DNA of 64,000 nt from Felis catus (GCF_018350175.1 NC_058368.1:135968001-136032000), one strand, 5' to 3'; counted from the stretch's first letter, positions 13,281 to 54,560 are shown. A program made the numbers and translations. Notes: generated from the sequence alone by a model not told the origin.

Positions 13281-14667
13281 TTTTTTTTAATATGAAATTT
13301 ATTGACAAATTGGTTTCCATACAACACCCAGTGCTCATCCCAAAAGGTGCCCTCCTCAATACCCATCACCCACCCTCTCCTCCCTCCCACCCCCCATCAA
13401 CCCTCAGTTTGTTCTCAGTTTTTAAGAGTCTCTTATGCTTTGGCTCTCTCCCACTCTAACCTGTTTTTTTTTTTCCTTCCCCTCCCCCATGGGTTCCTGT
13501 TAATTTCTCAGGGTCCACATAAGAGTGAAACCATATGGTATCTGTCTTTCTCTGTATGACTTATTTCACTTAGCATCACACTCTCCAGTTCCATCCACGT
13601 TGCTACAAAAGGCCATATTTCATTTTTTCTCATTGCCACGTAGTACTCCATTGTGTATATAAACCACAATTTCTTTATCCATTCATCAGTTGATGGACAT
13701 TTAGGCTCTTTCCATAATTTGGCTATTGTTGAGAGTGCTGCTATGAACATTGGGGTACAAGTGGCCCTATGCATCAGTACTCCTGTATCCCTTGGATAAA
13801 TTCCTAGCAGTGCTATTGCTGGGTCATAGGGTAGGTCTATTTTTAATTTTCTGAGGAACCTCCACACTGCTTTCCAGAGCGGCTGCACCAATTTGCATTC
13901 CCACAACAGTGCAAGAGGGTTCCCGTTTCTCCACATCCTCGCCAGCATCTATAGTCTCCTGATTTGTTCATTTTGGCCACTCTGACTGGCGTGAGGTGAT
14001 ACCTGAGTGTGGTTTTGATTTGTATTTCCCTGATAAGGAGCGACGCTGAACATCTTTTCATGTGCCTGTTGGCCATCCGGATATCTTCTTTAGAGAAGTG
14101 TCTATTCATGTTTTCTGCCCATTTCTTCACTGGGTTATTTGTTTTTTGGGTGTGGAGTTTGGTGAGCTCTTTATAGATTTTGGATACTAGCCCTTTGTCC
14201 GATATGTCATTTGCGAATATCTTTTCCCATTCCGTTGGTTGCCTTTTAGTTTTGTTGGTTGTTTCCTTTGCTGTGCAGAAGCTTTTTATCTTCATAAGGT
14301 CCCAGTAATTCACTTTTGCTTTTAATTTCCTTGCCTTTGGGGATGTGTCGAGTAAGAGATTGCTACGGCTGAGGTCAGAGAGGTCTTTTCCTGCTTTCTC
14401 CTCTAAGGTTTTGATGGTTTCCTGTCTCACATTTAGGTCCTTTATCCATTTTGAGTTTATTTTTGTGAATGGTGTGAGAAAGTGGTCTAGTTTCAACCTT
14501 CTGCATGTTGCTGTCCAGTTCTCCCAGCACCATTTGTTAAAGAGGCTGTCTTTTTTCCATTGGATGTTCTTTCCTGCTTTGTCAAAGATGAGTTGGCCAT
14601 ACGTTTGTGGGTCTAGTTCTGGGGTTTCTATTCTATTCCATTGGTCTATGTGTCTGTTTTTGTGCCA
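13281..14667 (-). mobile_element. Young 5'-truncated felid L1 (about 1.4 kb) nested in ORF1 of the host L1
   Basis: ORF2 C-terminal ORFs 13508..13948 and 13843..14496. TSD acgtttacattttcatt at 13264-13280 and 14667-14683. Confidence 0.93.
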
Positions 14668-15560
14668 CGTTTACATTTTCATTGAATCACTTAGTTCTTT
14701 AATTCTTCCCTCGTGGTCTAGAATTTTTTTTCTCTCTTTTTCTCAGCTTCAACTTTTTCCATAATTTTATCTTCTATTTCACTTACTCTCCTCTCTGCAT
14801 CTTCAGTCCTTGCTGTCACCGCATCTAGTTTATTTTGCACCTCATTTACGGCATTTCTTAATTCATCTAAGAAATAGTTCCTTGATCTTTGCAGCAATAG
14901 ATTCTCTGCTGTCTTCTATGGTTTTTTCCAAGCCCAGTGATTAATCTTATGACTATTATTTTAAATTCTTGGTCAGATATATTGTTTATATATGTTTTGG
15001 TCAGTTCTTTACCTGTCATTTTTTCCTGGAATTTCTTTTGAGCATAAGTCTTCCATTTTCGTCATTTCGGCTAGTTTTTTTGTCTCTTTTGTGTTTTAAA
15101 AGCTTGTTATGTGTCCTGCACCTGTGAGCAATACTGTATTAAATAGTGGTGCTGCACTGTCCAGGGCCTGGCCGTTCAGGAGGTGTTTTTTGGAGTGTGT
15201 TACTTACTCTCTGTTGTTGTGACTGTGGTTTTTTTATGTTCCTACTCATAGTGATGTTTTGGGCCCTCCACCAGGTGTGCTTTGATTTGTTCGTTGAAGT
15301 ATCCCTGGAGAAAAAAACAAAACAAAACAAAAACAAAAAAAACACAAAACAACAACAACAAATACCAAAGGGGGGGGCGGGGTTGGTGGAAGAGGCCTTA
15401 TCCCATACAAAGAGAGAAACAACAGGGGCGAAGAAGAAGAAGAGAAAATAAAATTGACCAGTCAGAGAAACTATATGGGTTAATCCAGAGAGAGAGGGAG
15501 GAAAACAGAAAAGGAGATATAGAACAAGTATAAAGAGAATAGATCAAATATGTCTGCTTA

Positions 15561-15965
15561 GTCAAAAAGAATGAAATCCTGCCATTTGCAACTACGTGGA
15601 TGGAACTGGAGGGTATTATGCTAAGTGAAATTAGAGAAAGACAAATATCATATGACTTCACTCATATGAGGACTTTAAGACACAAAACAGAGGAACATAA
15701 GGGACAGGAAACAAAAATAATATAAAAATAGGGAGGGAGACAAAACAGAAGAGACTCTTAAATATAGAGAACAAATAGAGGGTTACTTGAAGGGTTGTGG
15801 GAGGGGGGATGGGCTAAATGGGTAAGGGGCATTAAGGAATCTACTCCTGAAATCATTGTTTCACTATATGCTTACTAATTTGGATGTAAATTTTAAAAAA
15901 TAAAAAATAAAAAATAAAATAAAACTTTAAAAGTAAGAAGGTAAAAAAAAAAAGAAAAAAAAAAA
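15561..15965 (+). mobile_element. Short L1 3' fragment nested in the host L1 5' region
   Basis: L1 ORF2 end, 3'UTR and poly(A). TSD gtctgctta at 15552-15560 and 15966-15974. Confidence 0.85.
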
Positions 15966-17048
15966 GTCTGCTTAAACAAAACAACAACCAGAATAACCAG
16001 ACTAGAGGAGGGAAGAAATAAGAAGGAGAAAAGGAAGAAAAAAATACATATGTATAATAAGAATTGTCCAAGAATTAAATCAGAAAATGCAAAAACACTG
16101 AGTGCCTTGGAATCTCGGTGGCAGCACTGGTCTGGAAGAGGGGTGTCTGGTTCATCAGCACGTCAGTTCTGCTCTAGTAGATAAGCAGTTACCAGGCGTG
16201 GAGGAGCAGGGTTTGGTGTGGGTGGGTCCTGCCTCTACTGTGGGCCTGCTATTGGTTCCCTGAGGCCCCACCTGTGGCCCGCCAGTTTGTCCCCATGGGC
16301 CCCTGGAGATGGCTCTGTCACTCTGCAGCCCAGACTCTTGGAATTCAAAGTCCTTTGGTCTAAACACTGCTGTGTTTGACAGACAAGGGATCTTCGGGTC
16401 CCCCTCCTTCTCTGCCATGTTGGATCTGTCAATAAATTTCATTTTAAAACTTCTGATTATAATGGGGTGCCTGCCTGGCTCAGTCAATAGAGCATGTAAC
16501 TCTTGATCTTGAGCTTGTGAGTTCCAGCCCCACACTGGGTGCAGAGCTTACTTAAATTTTTGATAATGAGAAAATTCACACACAGAAGTGGACAGGTAAT
16601 ACAGTGAATCACCATGAATCCATCACTCAGCTATAATAACGATCATTTGCAGCTAATCTTGTTTCATCTACTCCTTCACTCATTTCCCCTAATTCTGTGG
16701 CCTTATAACTATGACACATCTATAATGCATTTTTGTTTTTAAAAATTGTAAAAAGATGCTTATCTCCATTGGTGCCAGATTTGTGCGTAAATGTTTGTAT
16801 TTTTTCCTAAGGATGGGAAAAAGTTTCATGAGAATTTTGTGAAGTATTTTCAACAACAATTAGTGAATAAATTGCTAAGAATTCAATGATCTTGCATTCT
16901 CTGTTTTTATTTATTTTTTACTTTATATGTTTGCTTCCCTCTCTTTACTTTTCAAATTGAAATGTATGAATTTGGTGGCAAATATTTTTAGAAAATTCAC
17001 GATCTAGTGATTTTTACAGGATATTGAATAATACATTTAAGAGAAGCA

Positions 17049-44185
<27,137 letters not shown>

Positions 44186-44426
44186 TTCCAGCATATAGTG
44201 CACATTGTATGTGTTAAAAGGACATCTGCAACTGTAAATGAAATGATCTTTTGAAAGAAGTTCCAGTTAAAATATGAAGACCAGTTTGAAAGGAAAATAT
44301 GATTTAAGAAGCTTTTTGCCAAGAAAATAAGGGATTGGAGCACCTGGCTAGTTCCGTTGGAAGAGAATGAGACTCTTGATCTCAAGGTTCTGAGTCCGAG
44401 CCCCATGTTGGATTACTAAAAGATAA

Positions 44427-44647
44427 AATAAACTTAAAAAAAAAAAAGTAAAAAAGAAAATGTAGGATTTTATTACATTTTAAAATTTATGTCTTGTCAT
44501 AGAAATGCCCAGATTTCAATAGTACTTTACTCAATTTTGTTTTCTATTATTTTGAGTTAACAGTGTTTTCAGTCATTATACATTATTGTATTTAAATTAT
44601 TTACAATTATTAAATTGATATGACAGTTTTACTGCCTTATAATTAAA
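44427..44647 (+). terminator. GTF2H2: Candidate polyadenylation signals of GTF2H2
   Basis: AATAAA at 44427-44432 (in a SINE tail); ATTAAA at 44609-44614 and 44642-44647 in AT-rich 3'UTR-like sequence. Which one is used cannot be determined from sequence. Confidence 0.4.
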
Positions 44648-47420
44648 GTAAATGAAGAATCTATAGTTTATTTTTATTCAATTTTAGTGTAAAAAGAAAA
44701 GTATAAGTGTGAATTCACTGAGATTCGTCTCACATGAAGCAGTAGTTAGGGGCGCCTAGGTGGCTCAGTTGATTAAGTGTCCAGCTTCGACTCAGGTCAT
44801 GATCTCGCGGTTCATGGGTTCAGGCCTTGTGTCAGGCTCTGTGCTGACAGCTTGGAGCATGGAGCCTGCTTTGGATTCTGTGTCTCCTCTCTCTGCCTCT
44901 CCCCCTCTCACATTCTGTTCTCTCAGAAATCAATAAATGTTAAAAAAATTAAAAAAGAAAATTAAGGGGCACCTGGGTGGCTCAATCGGTTAAGCAACTG
45001 ACTTTGGCTCAGGTCATGATCTCACGGTCCGTGGGTTCGAGCCCCGTGTCGGGTTCTGTGCTGACAGCACAGAGCCTGGAGCCTGCTTCGGATTCTGCAT
45101 CTTCCTCTCTCTGTTCCTCCCCTGCTTGTTTCTGTCTCTCAAAAATAAACGTTAAAAAAAAAAAAAATTAAGCAGTAGTTAGGAAATCATTACTGCTACA
45201 CCCACCTGAGGGGTTTCTTTAGGCTTAACTAAACAATTAGAATATAATTGCAGAATTCATGCATCTAAAATTATTTATAGCTATGACCAAAAGGGGTCTT
45301 TTTTTTTTTTAATGTTTTTTTATTTTTGACAGAGAGAGAGAGAGACAGAACATGAGTGGGGAAGGGGTAGAGAGAGAGGAAGACACAGAATCGGCAGCAG
45401 GCTCCAGGCTCTGAGCTGTCAGCACAGAGCCCGACGTGGGGCTCGAACTCATAGGCCGTGAGATCATGACCTGAGCCGAAGTTGGATGCTCAACCGACTG
45501 AGCCACCCAGACGCCCCAAAAGGGGTCTTTTTAAGTTTAAGCATTCAAACTTAAAAGATTACCATGGCCACATGTAGCACCGGTATACTCAAAAGAGATA
45601 ATAAATGGGAACAGCGGGCTGCCAATAGGACAGTGTCCAGCAGTCCTTCTTAGCACTAGAGGTCCTGTAGCAGTTCACCCAAAACAGTTTAGGTGCAAGG
45701 TGATGAGATCCTTCACAGGCCTCAAGGAGCCACTATCTCTAAGTACAACTTCCAGGGTCCCCACAAGGGACATATTAGTCTTAAGAGATACCACACTCAG
45801 AGGAGCCCAAAGCTTGAGGTTCCCATCCGATGATTTATAGTGCATTCAGTCCAGATACAGTTTAGTAGCCAGGAGTCCTTTATGTCACCAGAAAGTTGGC
45901 TAGAAACAGTTGACATTCCTACCTTCATCAGTTACCATGATAACACAGCCAGAAAGCTTAACTGAAGGGGACATTCACATGCAGGGAAAGAAAAGGCCTT
46001 CCTTCACTTTCATAAGGTAAGCCTACTGCATCCTTTGTAATAGTTGGTAAAGGATTTTACCTAATGGAATATATCTAATACCACCATTTTGTTGGATATG
46101 AAACTGGTTTACCTTTTTGCTCAGGCTAATGAAGCCAAAGTTGTGTCTGTTCCTGTTAGCCTCATTCAGGTTCATACCCAGGGATTATTCAACAAAATCC
46201 CTTTCAACTTTCCCAGTGTTTTTACTGGAAAAACTTAGGTGAGAATGCATGAAGAGGTCTGTATTTCAGGTTCAGTATAGATGGACCATTATAGGGAGAA
46301 CTCTTCATGGTATACCCTGTTGAGAATTATTAAGGTTTCCATAGCAAAGGTATGTTTATTTTAAATCTACAAACTTTACTCTAGATTGTCACTATGATAT
46401 TTATGATTTTATAAAAGCAATTCTTAGTGAAAAAAATTATCAGTAAAAATGATATAATCCTACCTTAGAGAGTCTATTCAATAAATCTTGGGGCACCCAC
46501 ATGACTCAGTTGGTTAGGCATTCAACTCTTGTTTTGGCTCAGGTCATGATCTCATGATTCGGGGGACTGAGCCCTGTGTTGGTCTGCGCTGACAGTACAG
46601 AGCCTGCTTGGGATTCTCTCCCTCTCTCTCTGCACACCCCCCCCCCCCCCCCCGCCAAATAAATAAAACTTCAAAAGCTAAAAAATATCTTGAACTGAGC
46701 CCAGGAATATGCATTTTGAATAGTGTGCACAAACACTCACGAAGACATAATGTGACCAAATGAAAGTAATAGATCTTTCTCCCCTGAGTCTTATTACTCT
46801 CTGAGCCTATCCCCAAATTGTTCTTTATGCAGAAATAGATTTCAGCTATAGGTAAACTGCTGTCTTCCTTCTGTTCTGTCAACAGAGGTTATCTGTAGCT
46901 TATAGGAGATTCCTTAACATGATCACAGTATTGTATCCCCCTCACCTGATTTAGAAGAAAGGCCATCAGTCTTGAAAAGTTACTAGACATATGTTAGAGA
47001 TACACCCTCACTACCTTATATAAAAGGAATATTCAGTGCCATCTTTTTTTTAATCTGCTTTATCTCTCTACATGGTTGCATTTCCTGTGCATACTTGGTA
47101 AGGGTAAGGTGAATATTTTAGTTAGGCTTAAGGAGGAATTTCTGTCACAATTATAGAGAAGATATTGGCTTGTTGGAGATGACAGAAATAGGGGCGCCAA
47201 CTGGGTGGCTCAGTTGGTTAAGCATCTGACTCTTAATTTCGGCTCAGGTCATGATCCTGGGGTTATGGGATCGAGCCCCGAGTTGGGGGCTTATAATTCT
47301 CTTAAAATTCTCTCTCACTCCCTCTTTGCCTTTTCCCCTGTTCATGCACACTCTCTCTCTCTCAAATAATAATAATAATAATAATAATAATTTTAAAAAG
47401 ATTACAGAAATAGAAATGGT

Positions 47421-47625
47421 GGGGCGCCTGGGTGGCGCAGTCGGTTAAGCGTCCAACTTCAGCCAGGTCACGATCTCGCGGTCCGGGAGTTCGAGCCCCG
47501 CATCAGGCTCTGGGCTGATGGCTCAGAGCCTGGAGCCTGTTTCCGATTCTGTGTCTCCCTCTCTCTCTGCCCCTCCCCCGTTCATGCTCTGTCTCTCTCT
47601 GTCGCAAAAATAAACGTTGAAAAAA
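47421..47625 (+). mobile_element. Young felid CanSINE
   Basis: TSD agaaatagaaatggt. Confidence 0.9.
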
Positions 47626-50600
47626 AGAAATAGAAATGGTGATCTAAGACTTAGTTCCGGTCTTTCCGTGTTGGAACTTCACAGTATACTATGATATTGA
47701 AGGAAACTATTTAACATTAGAGATCTTTCTGAATGGTATGGATTTCTCAGTTCTTTTATTGAATTAATGAGAAAACTTTTTAATACATAGCATTCGTTAT
47801 GAAAATTAGATTCATTTTAAATACTTTTAAATGCCTACGATTTACTTCATATATTTTTTAAATGTTTTAAATGTTTATTTATTTTTGAGAGACAGAGTGT
47901 GAGTGGGGGAGGGGCAAGGAGCGAGGGAGACACAGAATCCGATGCAGGCTCCAGGCTCCGGGCTGTTTGCACAGAGCCCGATGCAGAGCTCTAACCCATG
48001 AACCATGAGATCATGACCTGAGCCCAAGTGGCACATTTAACCAGCAGAGCCACCCAGGCACCCCTTACTTCATATTCTCTTTTATTTGGCCTGACAATCT
48101 TTGTTTTTTTATTGAAACATTTAGTCCATTTACACTTAATGTGCCTGCTGATATATTTGGATTTAAATTTACCATCTAACTTTGTGCTATTTGTTTAAAC
48201 TATTCCATCTTTATTTTTCTTTTCTTGTCCTTTTTTGGATTGACACTTTACCATTTTATGTTTTTCCTTGTCTAATGTGGAAAGTGTATACTTGTTTTTA
48301 TTCTTTTAGCATTTATCCTAGAATTTACAATACATACCACTGTTCAACTTGAGTCCTCTAGAAAGTAGAACTTGAGGCAGAAAATGAAAGTATTAGGAGG
48401 TATAGATTCAGGGAAGTGAGGGTAGGGAAGAAAATGGAAAGTCCTGATGTGATGTGTTCCCACAGTGGCCAGGCTTGGTCATGAGCTGTGAAGAGTCACC
48501 CAGCGTGCAGTGTTTACTCAGAGTGCGTGACTTCTCCAGGAGGTTTATAAGAAGAAACTGCCCCTCCGAGCAGTTCTTCAAAGGGAGGAAGGAGGGCAGT
48601 GTGATTTCCTAACTTCTTCCATCTGACATTTCCCGTTGGCCAAGGCTTGCCACACAGAGTTGTCACTTGGTCCATCGGCAACTGCTTAGAAAGCCAAACC
48701 TCCTGCTCAGTGGTGTGGCATTGCAGCTAACTGTGGAAGGTGGGGGAACCTCGGGTCAGATAGGCTTGGTGTACTTCAGTTTGGAGGCAGGCAAGAGCCC
48801 AGAAAGAAGGAAGCAGCCACGGGAATGTAAAGGGGCATTAGAAGTTTGTGTTCAGGGACGCCTGGATGGCTCAGTTGGTTAAGTGTTCAACTCTTGATTT
48901 CAGCTCAGGTCATGATCTCGCGGCTGAGATCAAGCCCCGTGTCAGGCTCTGCTGACAGTGCAGAGTGCTTGGGATTCTCTCTCCTCTCTCCCTCTCTCTG
49001 CCTCTCCCCACCTCATGCTGTCTCCCCGCTTTCAAAAATAAATAAAAAGTTTGTGTACAATATTCATTCATAACATGAGAATCTAAAGTTGATATGGGCC
49101 TTTATGCTCCTCACAGATAATACAGTAAACCTCATTTACCTTCTTCTTCATTTCTATGTTATTGTCATTGTATATATAATTATTTCCTTCGTTTCATAAA
49201 ACAATATTTGTTTTAATCAGTCGTCGTTTATTAAGATCTAATTACATATTTACCAGTTTCATGGCTCTTCATCTCTTCTTACATCTCAGATTTATTTAGG
49301 ACCATTTTCCCTCAGTTACATCCTTCAGAATATACTGGTGCTCGAAGTACACAGTGTGCTAACTCCTACTTATGTCAGGAAGAAGGAAAATTCAGATGAT
49401 TTGTGTTAGTGCAAAGAAACACTAGAAAACAATAGAGAAAATCAACAAACCTAAAGTTGGTTCAACAAAATTGACAGATCTTTAGCTAGATTAACCAAAA
49501 AAAAAAAAAAAAAAAGAAGAAGACTCCTATTACTGAGATCAAGAATGAGAAGCCCCACAGTGGGCATAGAGATTACTTTAAAAAACAAACAAAAAACAAT
49601 ATACGTTAAGATGCCTGGCTGGGTCATTAGGTAGAGCATGAGATTTGATCTCTGGGTTGTGAATTCAAGCCCCATGTTGGGCCAAAAAAAAAAAAAAAGA
49701 ATGAAGGAAGAGATATCTCTCTGCACCTTAGGAAAGTAAAGATTGTAAACGAGTACGGTGAACAGCTAGGGCAATGAGTGAATGTTAATGGGCATAGAGC
49801 TACTTTCTGGAGTGATAAAAATAATCTAGAATTGTGTGGTGGTAATGATTGTTCAACTCTGCGAACCTACTGAAAACTGATGAATTGTACACTTTGAATG
49901 GGTAGGTCGTGTGGTATGTGAAGTATATCTCAGTAAGGGGCCTTTAAAAAATAAAACACAGGGGCACCTGGGTGACTCAGTTGGTTATGCATCGCATCGG
50001 ACTTCAGCTCAGGTCATGATCTCATGTTCGTGAGATCAAGCCCTGCATCAGGCTCTGCACTGACAGATTCACTTTCCCTCTCTCTCTGCCCCTCCCCAAC
50101 TCACGCATTCTCTCTCAAAATAAATACACTTAAAAAATAGGGGTGCCTGGGTCGCTCAGTTGGTCGAGTATCTGACTTCCACTTGGGTCATGATCTCGTG
50201 GTTCATGAATTTGAGCCCCACATCAGGCTGTCCACTGTCAGCAAGGAGCCTGCTTCAGATCCTGTCTCCCTCTCTGTACCTCCCCTGGTCACTCTCTCTC
50301 TCTCCAAAATAAACACTTAAAATAAATAAAACACTGGAAGAATACTTGTCTGGGGTGAGGGTCTAGAACTGAGTAGACAAACACAGGGAAGAGAGTGAGA
50401 ATTATTTTTCAGTATTTTTACACAGTTTAAGTTTTTGAGCCCTGTAAACAAATTATTCAAAAATAAAATATATGGAATCCTGGGAAACTGTAATGAAGCA
50501 AATGAAAATAAAGTAATGTAGTTAAATGTTAGCTGTTAGTTGAGGGCCTGAATAATAACGCAAAAGCGGTCATGTTCATCAAATAAGGTAGGAAGTGTGG

Positions 50601-50729
50601 AGCTGGAAGTTGGAAGGGAACTGGAATAAAATTTTATTTGGGTCATTGGTTCAAGCAATACATTTTCCATATGGCAATATACCCTTGAGGATAACTATAT
50701 CCATGCAAGATGAAGAAATGAGTAGATTA

Positions 50730-51569
50730 AAAGCCTGTAGGTCCTGTGTTCAAGGACTGTATGTGACCCAGTGTATATATGAATACATGCTGTACTCACA
50801 GTGTGGAAACTGTGAAGGGACAACAGGGCCACAGATGCTCCGAATGGCAGTCAGAAGGAGAACCATAAACATTTTGCAACATTTCTCAATCCTTTGTAAC
50901 TTCCTCAAGTTTGCGGCCATATCTGTGTTCAGCTGTCTGTATCTCTGTAATGATTGGCTAATACATAACAAGAGGAATGGTTTCATGGTGGTGACACAGG
51001 GTATGTCCAGATGACAGAAAGTGGGGTGGTAGAATCTTAAGGCCTTTAGTGGGTGCAAGAGTTCATGAGAAAGGGTGAGAAGTTGGAGTCCCGGGAACCT
51101 AGCAAGGAAGAAGGGGTCAGAAGACATTGGCACACTTTTGGGAAATAGTCTTAGGAGTGTCCTAATACCCTCTTTGGATCTGGTTTTATAAGAATAAAGG
51201 GTTCATTATATTCTTTCCATGTTCTCTAATCTCTGGGGCCTCCAGTTATGAGGTTGACTGGGGACTCTCCTGGGGTTTTCATGGGACTTAAATTCTTTAT
51301 TTCACTTGACTAAATTGCTATTTGAGTCACACCTCGGGTCAGGGCCCTGGAAATAATACACAGCTTCTTGATTTATAAATTCTCTAAATAAACCTTGTAC
51401 ACCTGCTGCCTACCTGATGGGATCGTAGGCATTAGGACGTAGACACCAAAAAAAGGACACAAACTCTAACCCTGTGGATTGGTGGACCTCCCAGCCTAAG
51501 AGGCAGAGCTATGAAGAAGTCAGTGTGAAAGTGCTAATAATGAGTTCTCCTAAGTTTTAAGTGTTGACA
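50730..51569 (+). mobile_element. Possible old LTR-like element
   Basis: AATAAA near 51387 and a TGTTGACA end at 51569. 5' boundary and family uncertain. Confidence 0.3.
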
Positions 51570-51574
51570 TCTAA

Positions 51575-51799
51575 TTTTTTTTTTTAATTTTTTTTTCAAC
51601 GTTTATTTATTTTTGGGACAGAGAGAGACAGAGCATGAACGGGGGAGGGGCAGAGAGAGAGGGAGACACAGAATCGGAAACAGGCTCCAGGCTCTGAGCC
51701 ATCAGCCCAGAGCCCGACGCGGGGCTCGAACTCCCGGACCGCGAGATCGTGACCTGGCTGAAGTCGGACGCTTAACCGACTGCGCCACCCAGGCGCCCC
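51575..51799 (-). mobile_element. Young felid CanSINE
   Basis: TSD gacatctaattttt. Confidence 0.9.
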
Positions 51800-52119
51800 G
51801 ACATCTAATTTTTAAAAAGCACACAGGCTATACGATGTATAGAATTGGTGAATCGCTACTTGTACACCTGAAACTAATAAAACGCTATGTTAACTGTACT
51901 AGAATTAAAATAATTTTTCAAAAGCCACACAGGCTAAATAACACTTATCTATTGGCCTGTCTCAATCTTACCGTAAGGGCAGATAATCTTTTAATTTTCA
52001 GGTATCTGACTTTCCTGAGATGTGCCTCTCTTGGGATAATTCAGTTCCAATTTTAGGTATTAAGAATCGACTCTTTGGAGGAAGAGGGATGTTTCAAGGA
52101 CCTCTATAATCAATGATTC

Positions 52120-52278
52120 TAAGGGCGGTTCCTGGACCAGTAGCATGAGCATCACCTGGGAACTATAGACAGGCATATTCTCAGGCCTGTCACCAGCGTT
52201 GGGAATGGGCCTAGACATCTGTGTCTCAGCAAATCCTCCGGGTGGCTGTGATAAATGCTAAAGTAGGAAAAGCACTGC
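52120..52278. mobile_element. MER5-like hAT DNA transposon fragment
   Basis: agcatcacctgggaact...tctcaggcc...ctccgggtggctgtgat...ctaaagtaggaaaagcactg pattern. Confidence 0.55.
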
Positions 52279-52439
52279 CTCTCACCATATTGTAAACATG
52301 CACAGCGCTTAAAAACAGGTCCTAATAATAGAATTCTACTGACTTTTAAGGCTATGCAGAGTTCAGTGTCACTGGGAGTAAATGGGGACTTCTTTCAACT
52401 GATAAGGGATATCCACTAAAAATCCACATCAAATATTCT

Positions 52440-53792
52440 TTTTTTTTTTTTTAACACTTATTCATTTTTGAGAGAGAGAGACAGAGTGTGAGCGGGGGAG
52501 GGGCAGAGAGGGAGAGAGACACAGAATCCAAAGCAGGCTCCAGACTCTAAGCTGTCAGCACAGAGCCTGACATGGGGCTCAAACTCTTTAACTGCGAGAT
52601 CATGACCTGAGGCTAAGTCAGACGCTCAACCAACTGAGCCACCCAGGCACCCCCCACATCAAATATTCTTAAGGGTGAAAGTTTAGAAGAATTCCTAGTG
52701 AAGTCAAGAATAAGGGTGGGGTGCCTGGGTGGCTCAGTCAGTTGAGGGACTCTTGATTTCGGCTCAGGTCATGATCTCACGGTGGATGGATTCGAGCCCT
52801 GCATCTGGGCTGACGATGTGGAGCAGCCTTTGGGATTCTCTCTCCCTCTCTCTCTGTCCTTCCCCTGCTCACACTCTTTTTCTCAAAATAAATAAACAAA
52901 CTTAAAAAGAATCTTATAAAACGTAAGATAGGATATCAATTATCACTGTTTTCAAGCAACATAACATTGGGGTGCTTGGGTGGCTCAGTCGGTTGGGCGT
53001 CCGACTTTGGCTCAGGTCATGATCTCGCAGTCTGTGAGTTCGAACCCCGCATCGGGCTCTGGGCTGACAGCTCGGAGCCTGGAGCCTGCTTCAGATTCTG
53101 TGTCTCCCTCTCTCTCTGACCCTCCCCCGTTCATGCTCTGTCTCTCTCTGTCTCAAAAATAAATGTTAAAAAAAAAAAATTAAAAAAATAAATAAATAAA
53201 GCAACATAATATTGAAGCATATAATCCATGTGACAAGACAATGAAATGACTGTAAAAGACCAAAGTGTCATCATGTTGAGAAGATACAAATATCTACTTC
53301 CAATATACAAGAGGATTTACACTCATACATTTAAAAAAAAGTTTTTTTAACGTTTATTTATTTATTTATTTATTTTTTCTTTAATTTTTTTTTTCAACGT
53401 TTATTTATTTTTGGGACAGAGAGAGACAGAGCATGAACGGGCGAGGGGCAGAGAGAGAGGGAGACACAGAATCCGAAACAGGCTCCAGGCTCTGAGCCAT
53501 CAGGCCAGAGCCCGACGCGGGGCTCGAACTCCCGGACCGCGAGATCGTGACCTGGCTGAAGTCGGACGCTTAACCGACTGCGCCACCCAGGCGCCCCAAC
53601 GTTTATTTATTTTTGACAGAGAAAGAGACAGAGTGTGAGCAGGGGAGGGGCAGAAAGAGAGGGAGACACAGAATCCGAAGCAGGCTCCAGGCTCTGAGCT
53701 GTCAGCACAGAGCCCGACGCGGGTCACAAAGTGTGAGATCGTGACCTGAGTTGAAGTTGGACACTTAACCGACTGAGCCACGCAGGTGCCCC
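52440..53792. mobile_element. Intergenic CanSINE cluster, including a SINE-in-SINE at about 53360-53792
   Basis: Five SINE bodies; TSD aacgtttatttatt around the nested copy. Confidence 0.8.
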
Positions 53793-54374
53793 ATTACATT
53801 CATATCTTTAAAACAGACCAGAAAGAGTCCTGTACATCACCAATAAATATTTGAAGATAGAATTTTAAGTTAAAAAAAAATCCAATCCATAGAGGCAACA
53901 AAATCTATAAGGTGCTACAATAAATGTAATGTGCAGTGGGCAAGACGCACACAACATTATAGATGAACAGTAAGGTCGATTGGGGAAAGTTTTATAGGCA
54001 GAAGGGTCAGCGGTGTGGACAGGTTCCACCGACCTCTGGACTACCTATAAGAGGAATTGTTGGTTCAACAACAGCGGGATGCACCACGGAAAGTGCTTCA
54101 AAAGAGCACTGTCCCTGTAACATTATACATGCTATTAGAAAAGCGAGGAGGGGCTGGTGAATACCTGGTCATCTAGTCAACAATGATTGCTTCTTAGCTG
54201 GGAAACTGACCCTGTTGGATCAGAGCTTAGCCAGTGAGTTCACATTCCAATGACGCGGGTAACAAAAGCCTCCCTAACTCAGCAATTTGCTCAACTACCA
54301 AAAAGGGTAGGGAATGAGCTTTCTGGATTACCTAGGTTTGCCTGTCCTTAAAATCTAGCCTCATGGCAGCATAA

Positions 54375-54560
54375 CATAGCGTTAAAAGTGCAGACTCCAT
54401 AGCCAGACTATCTGATTCATCTGAACCCCTATGTGCCTGAGTTACCCCCTCTGTAAAATGGAGATCATAATCATACCTACTTCCTTTGGACTGTTCAGGG
54501 GATTGGATGGACACATCTAACATGCTTAGAGCTGTGCCAGGCAAGTACTAGACCTTAACA
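54375..54560 (+). mobile_element. MIR
   Basis: MIR core ctgtaaaatggagatcataatcatacctacttc ... gcttagagctgtgccaggca. Confidence 0.65.

Larger units (their letters stand above)
7647..16430 (-). mobile_element. Full-length, decayed carnivore L1, antisense in GTF2H2 intron 1, carrying nested insertions
   Basis: ORF2 fragments at 8664-12618 (336-aa endonuclease ORF 11608..12618 with GDFN and SKIDHI motifs), ORF1 region about 12.7-15.1 kb, 5' end with YY1-like CAACATGGC near 16414-16422. TSD aaYaaatttcatttta at 7631-7646 and 16431-16446. Confidence 0.9.

Noticed and set aside
45550..46020. Unique-looking segment with an ATG at about 45564 and an AAG|GTAAGC donor-like site at about 46017
   Set aside because: The ORF closes after about 29 codons and I recognise no homology; cannot support an exon or pseudogene without a search.
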